This document shows, piece by piece, positions 62,896 to 64,000 of a DNA stretch of 64,000 nucleotides. Within the stretch, counting starts at the first letter, position 1. Each line of letters starts with the position of its first letter. Made by a program: the position numbers and the translations under genes. The stretch spans positions 47,430,001-47,494,000 of the forward strand of contig NC_043015.1 of NCBI RefSeq assembly GCF_006345805.1, read 5' to 3'. Under the pieces are notes generated by a model. It was not told the origin of the DNA and did not search any database. It saw only the letters and a list, made by a program, of their open reading frames with translations. The stretch comes from Octopus sinensis (Eukaryota).

Positions 62896-63178
62896 TAACT
62901 TTATTTTCTAAATGTCACACTGGGGGATGCTAAAGGAACGTACAGAGTAACAAGAAAACACACACACAATGAACGCAGATGTGCTTTATCCCTCATCAGT
63001 TATTGACCAAATACCACCACAGTTTCAGTTTGATAACTGATGACCGGTCAAGCATACCTGCATCCGTTGTGCATGATTTTTCTTGTTGTTCCATATGTTC
63101 TTTCGTTGTCCCACTTTGCTACATTTTCGTTATTTTTTATTGTAACACTACACATATTTTTCTCCCCATTTTAATTTC

Positions 63179-63605
63179 GGATCTTTTTGGTTTGAACAGC
63201 AGTTTTTAACATAATTTCTAGGTAACTAAAAAAATTTTAAACTTCGTATACTGGTAGAATGTGTTTATAAAACATCTTTTTCTCTTGGTTTTTTTGAGAA
63301 AATTCTATAGTTTGTAAGATATTTGTTGTTTTTTTCCTTTAATTTCTGCAATTTCAACCAATCAATGACGTCCATTGAGGTAAAAAGCATTCTGTGCCGT
63401 ATGAATATGTCCCTCGTTTAAGAAACAGATTGGGTTTATTTACATTTCTGAAGAAAAAAAGATGCCCTTCCCCCACCCCTAACCCTAACCAACATTAACT
63501 CTAAAACAGAATGAAATGCAATAGATCGATACTAGGGTCATAATTATGGGTGACAATTTCATATGACACCGCTAAATAAAACTGGTGTTCAAACCGAAAA
63601 GATCC
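63179..63605 (-). mobile_element. GG-terminal MITE in LANCL3 intron 2
   Basis: Family TIRs and perfect 8-bp TSD TTAATTTC. Confidence 0.92.
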
Positions 63606-64000
63606 TTAATTTCTGTATGAAAAGCTTGTGAAGCTCATCAACATTTTACACTGAATTTTGTTTTGTTTTTTTTTTTCCGTTTCTTTCTCCAGCACAGCAT
63701 CTCATCTCTTGCTGCAGTCCTGTATCACTTCCTTTGTGAGGCTCAGCCACTTGAGATCAGCTTTAACCACTTCTGATTTCCTCAGTCTTCCTCTTTCACA
63801 GTTTCTTTTCACTTGGACTGGACTAGGCACTACTCCAACTGTCATCCTCCATTCACACCACACTTCCATACCTATTTCTTTACTACCCACAAGGGGCTAA
63901 ACACAGAGGGGACAAACAAGGACAGACAAACGGATTAAGTCGATTACATCGACCCCAGTGCATAACTGGTACTTAATTTATCGACCCCGAAAGGATGAAA

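Overview
AT-rich, repeat-saturated animal genomic DNA. The SINE and microsatellite content suggests an octopus or other coleoid cephalopod; this is inferred, not provable from the window. Two spliced protein-coding genes can be assembled by hand, both on the + strand. (1) A complete 4-exon gene (27301-47054, 287 aa) encodes a secreted AA15-family lytic polysaccharide monooxygenase. It has an intact His-brace, a linker and an apparently truncated Cys-rich C-terminal module. (2) The first two coding exons of a LanC-like protein 3 orthologue start at 54374; the gene continues beyond the window. The rest is mobile DNA: two abundant tRNA-derived SINE families (often in multimers), RTE- and Tx1-type LINE fragments, Penelope-like element (PLE) remnants, Helitrons, several MITE families and microsatellites. 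The least obvious signal is a set of eight minimal hammerhead-ribozyme-like motifs on PLE-type repeats. Several have non-canonical cores, including an inverted pair with a G3-C8 swap inside a ~265-bp foldback. Other notable structures are SINE multimers sharing one fixed palindromic junction, a composite Helitron in LPMO intron 1, short locally templated insertions, and a duplicated splice donor in the LANCL3 intron. Almost all ORFs in the supplied track are microsatellite or repeat artefacts. Repeat boundaries are approximate unless a TSD or terminus is quoted.
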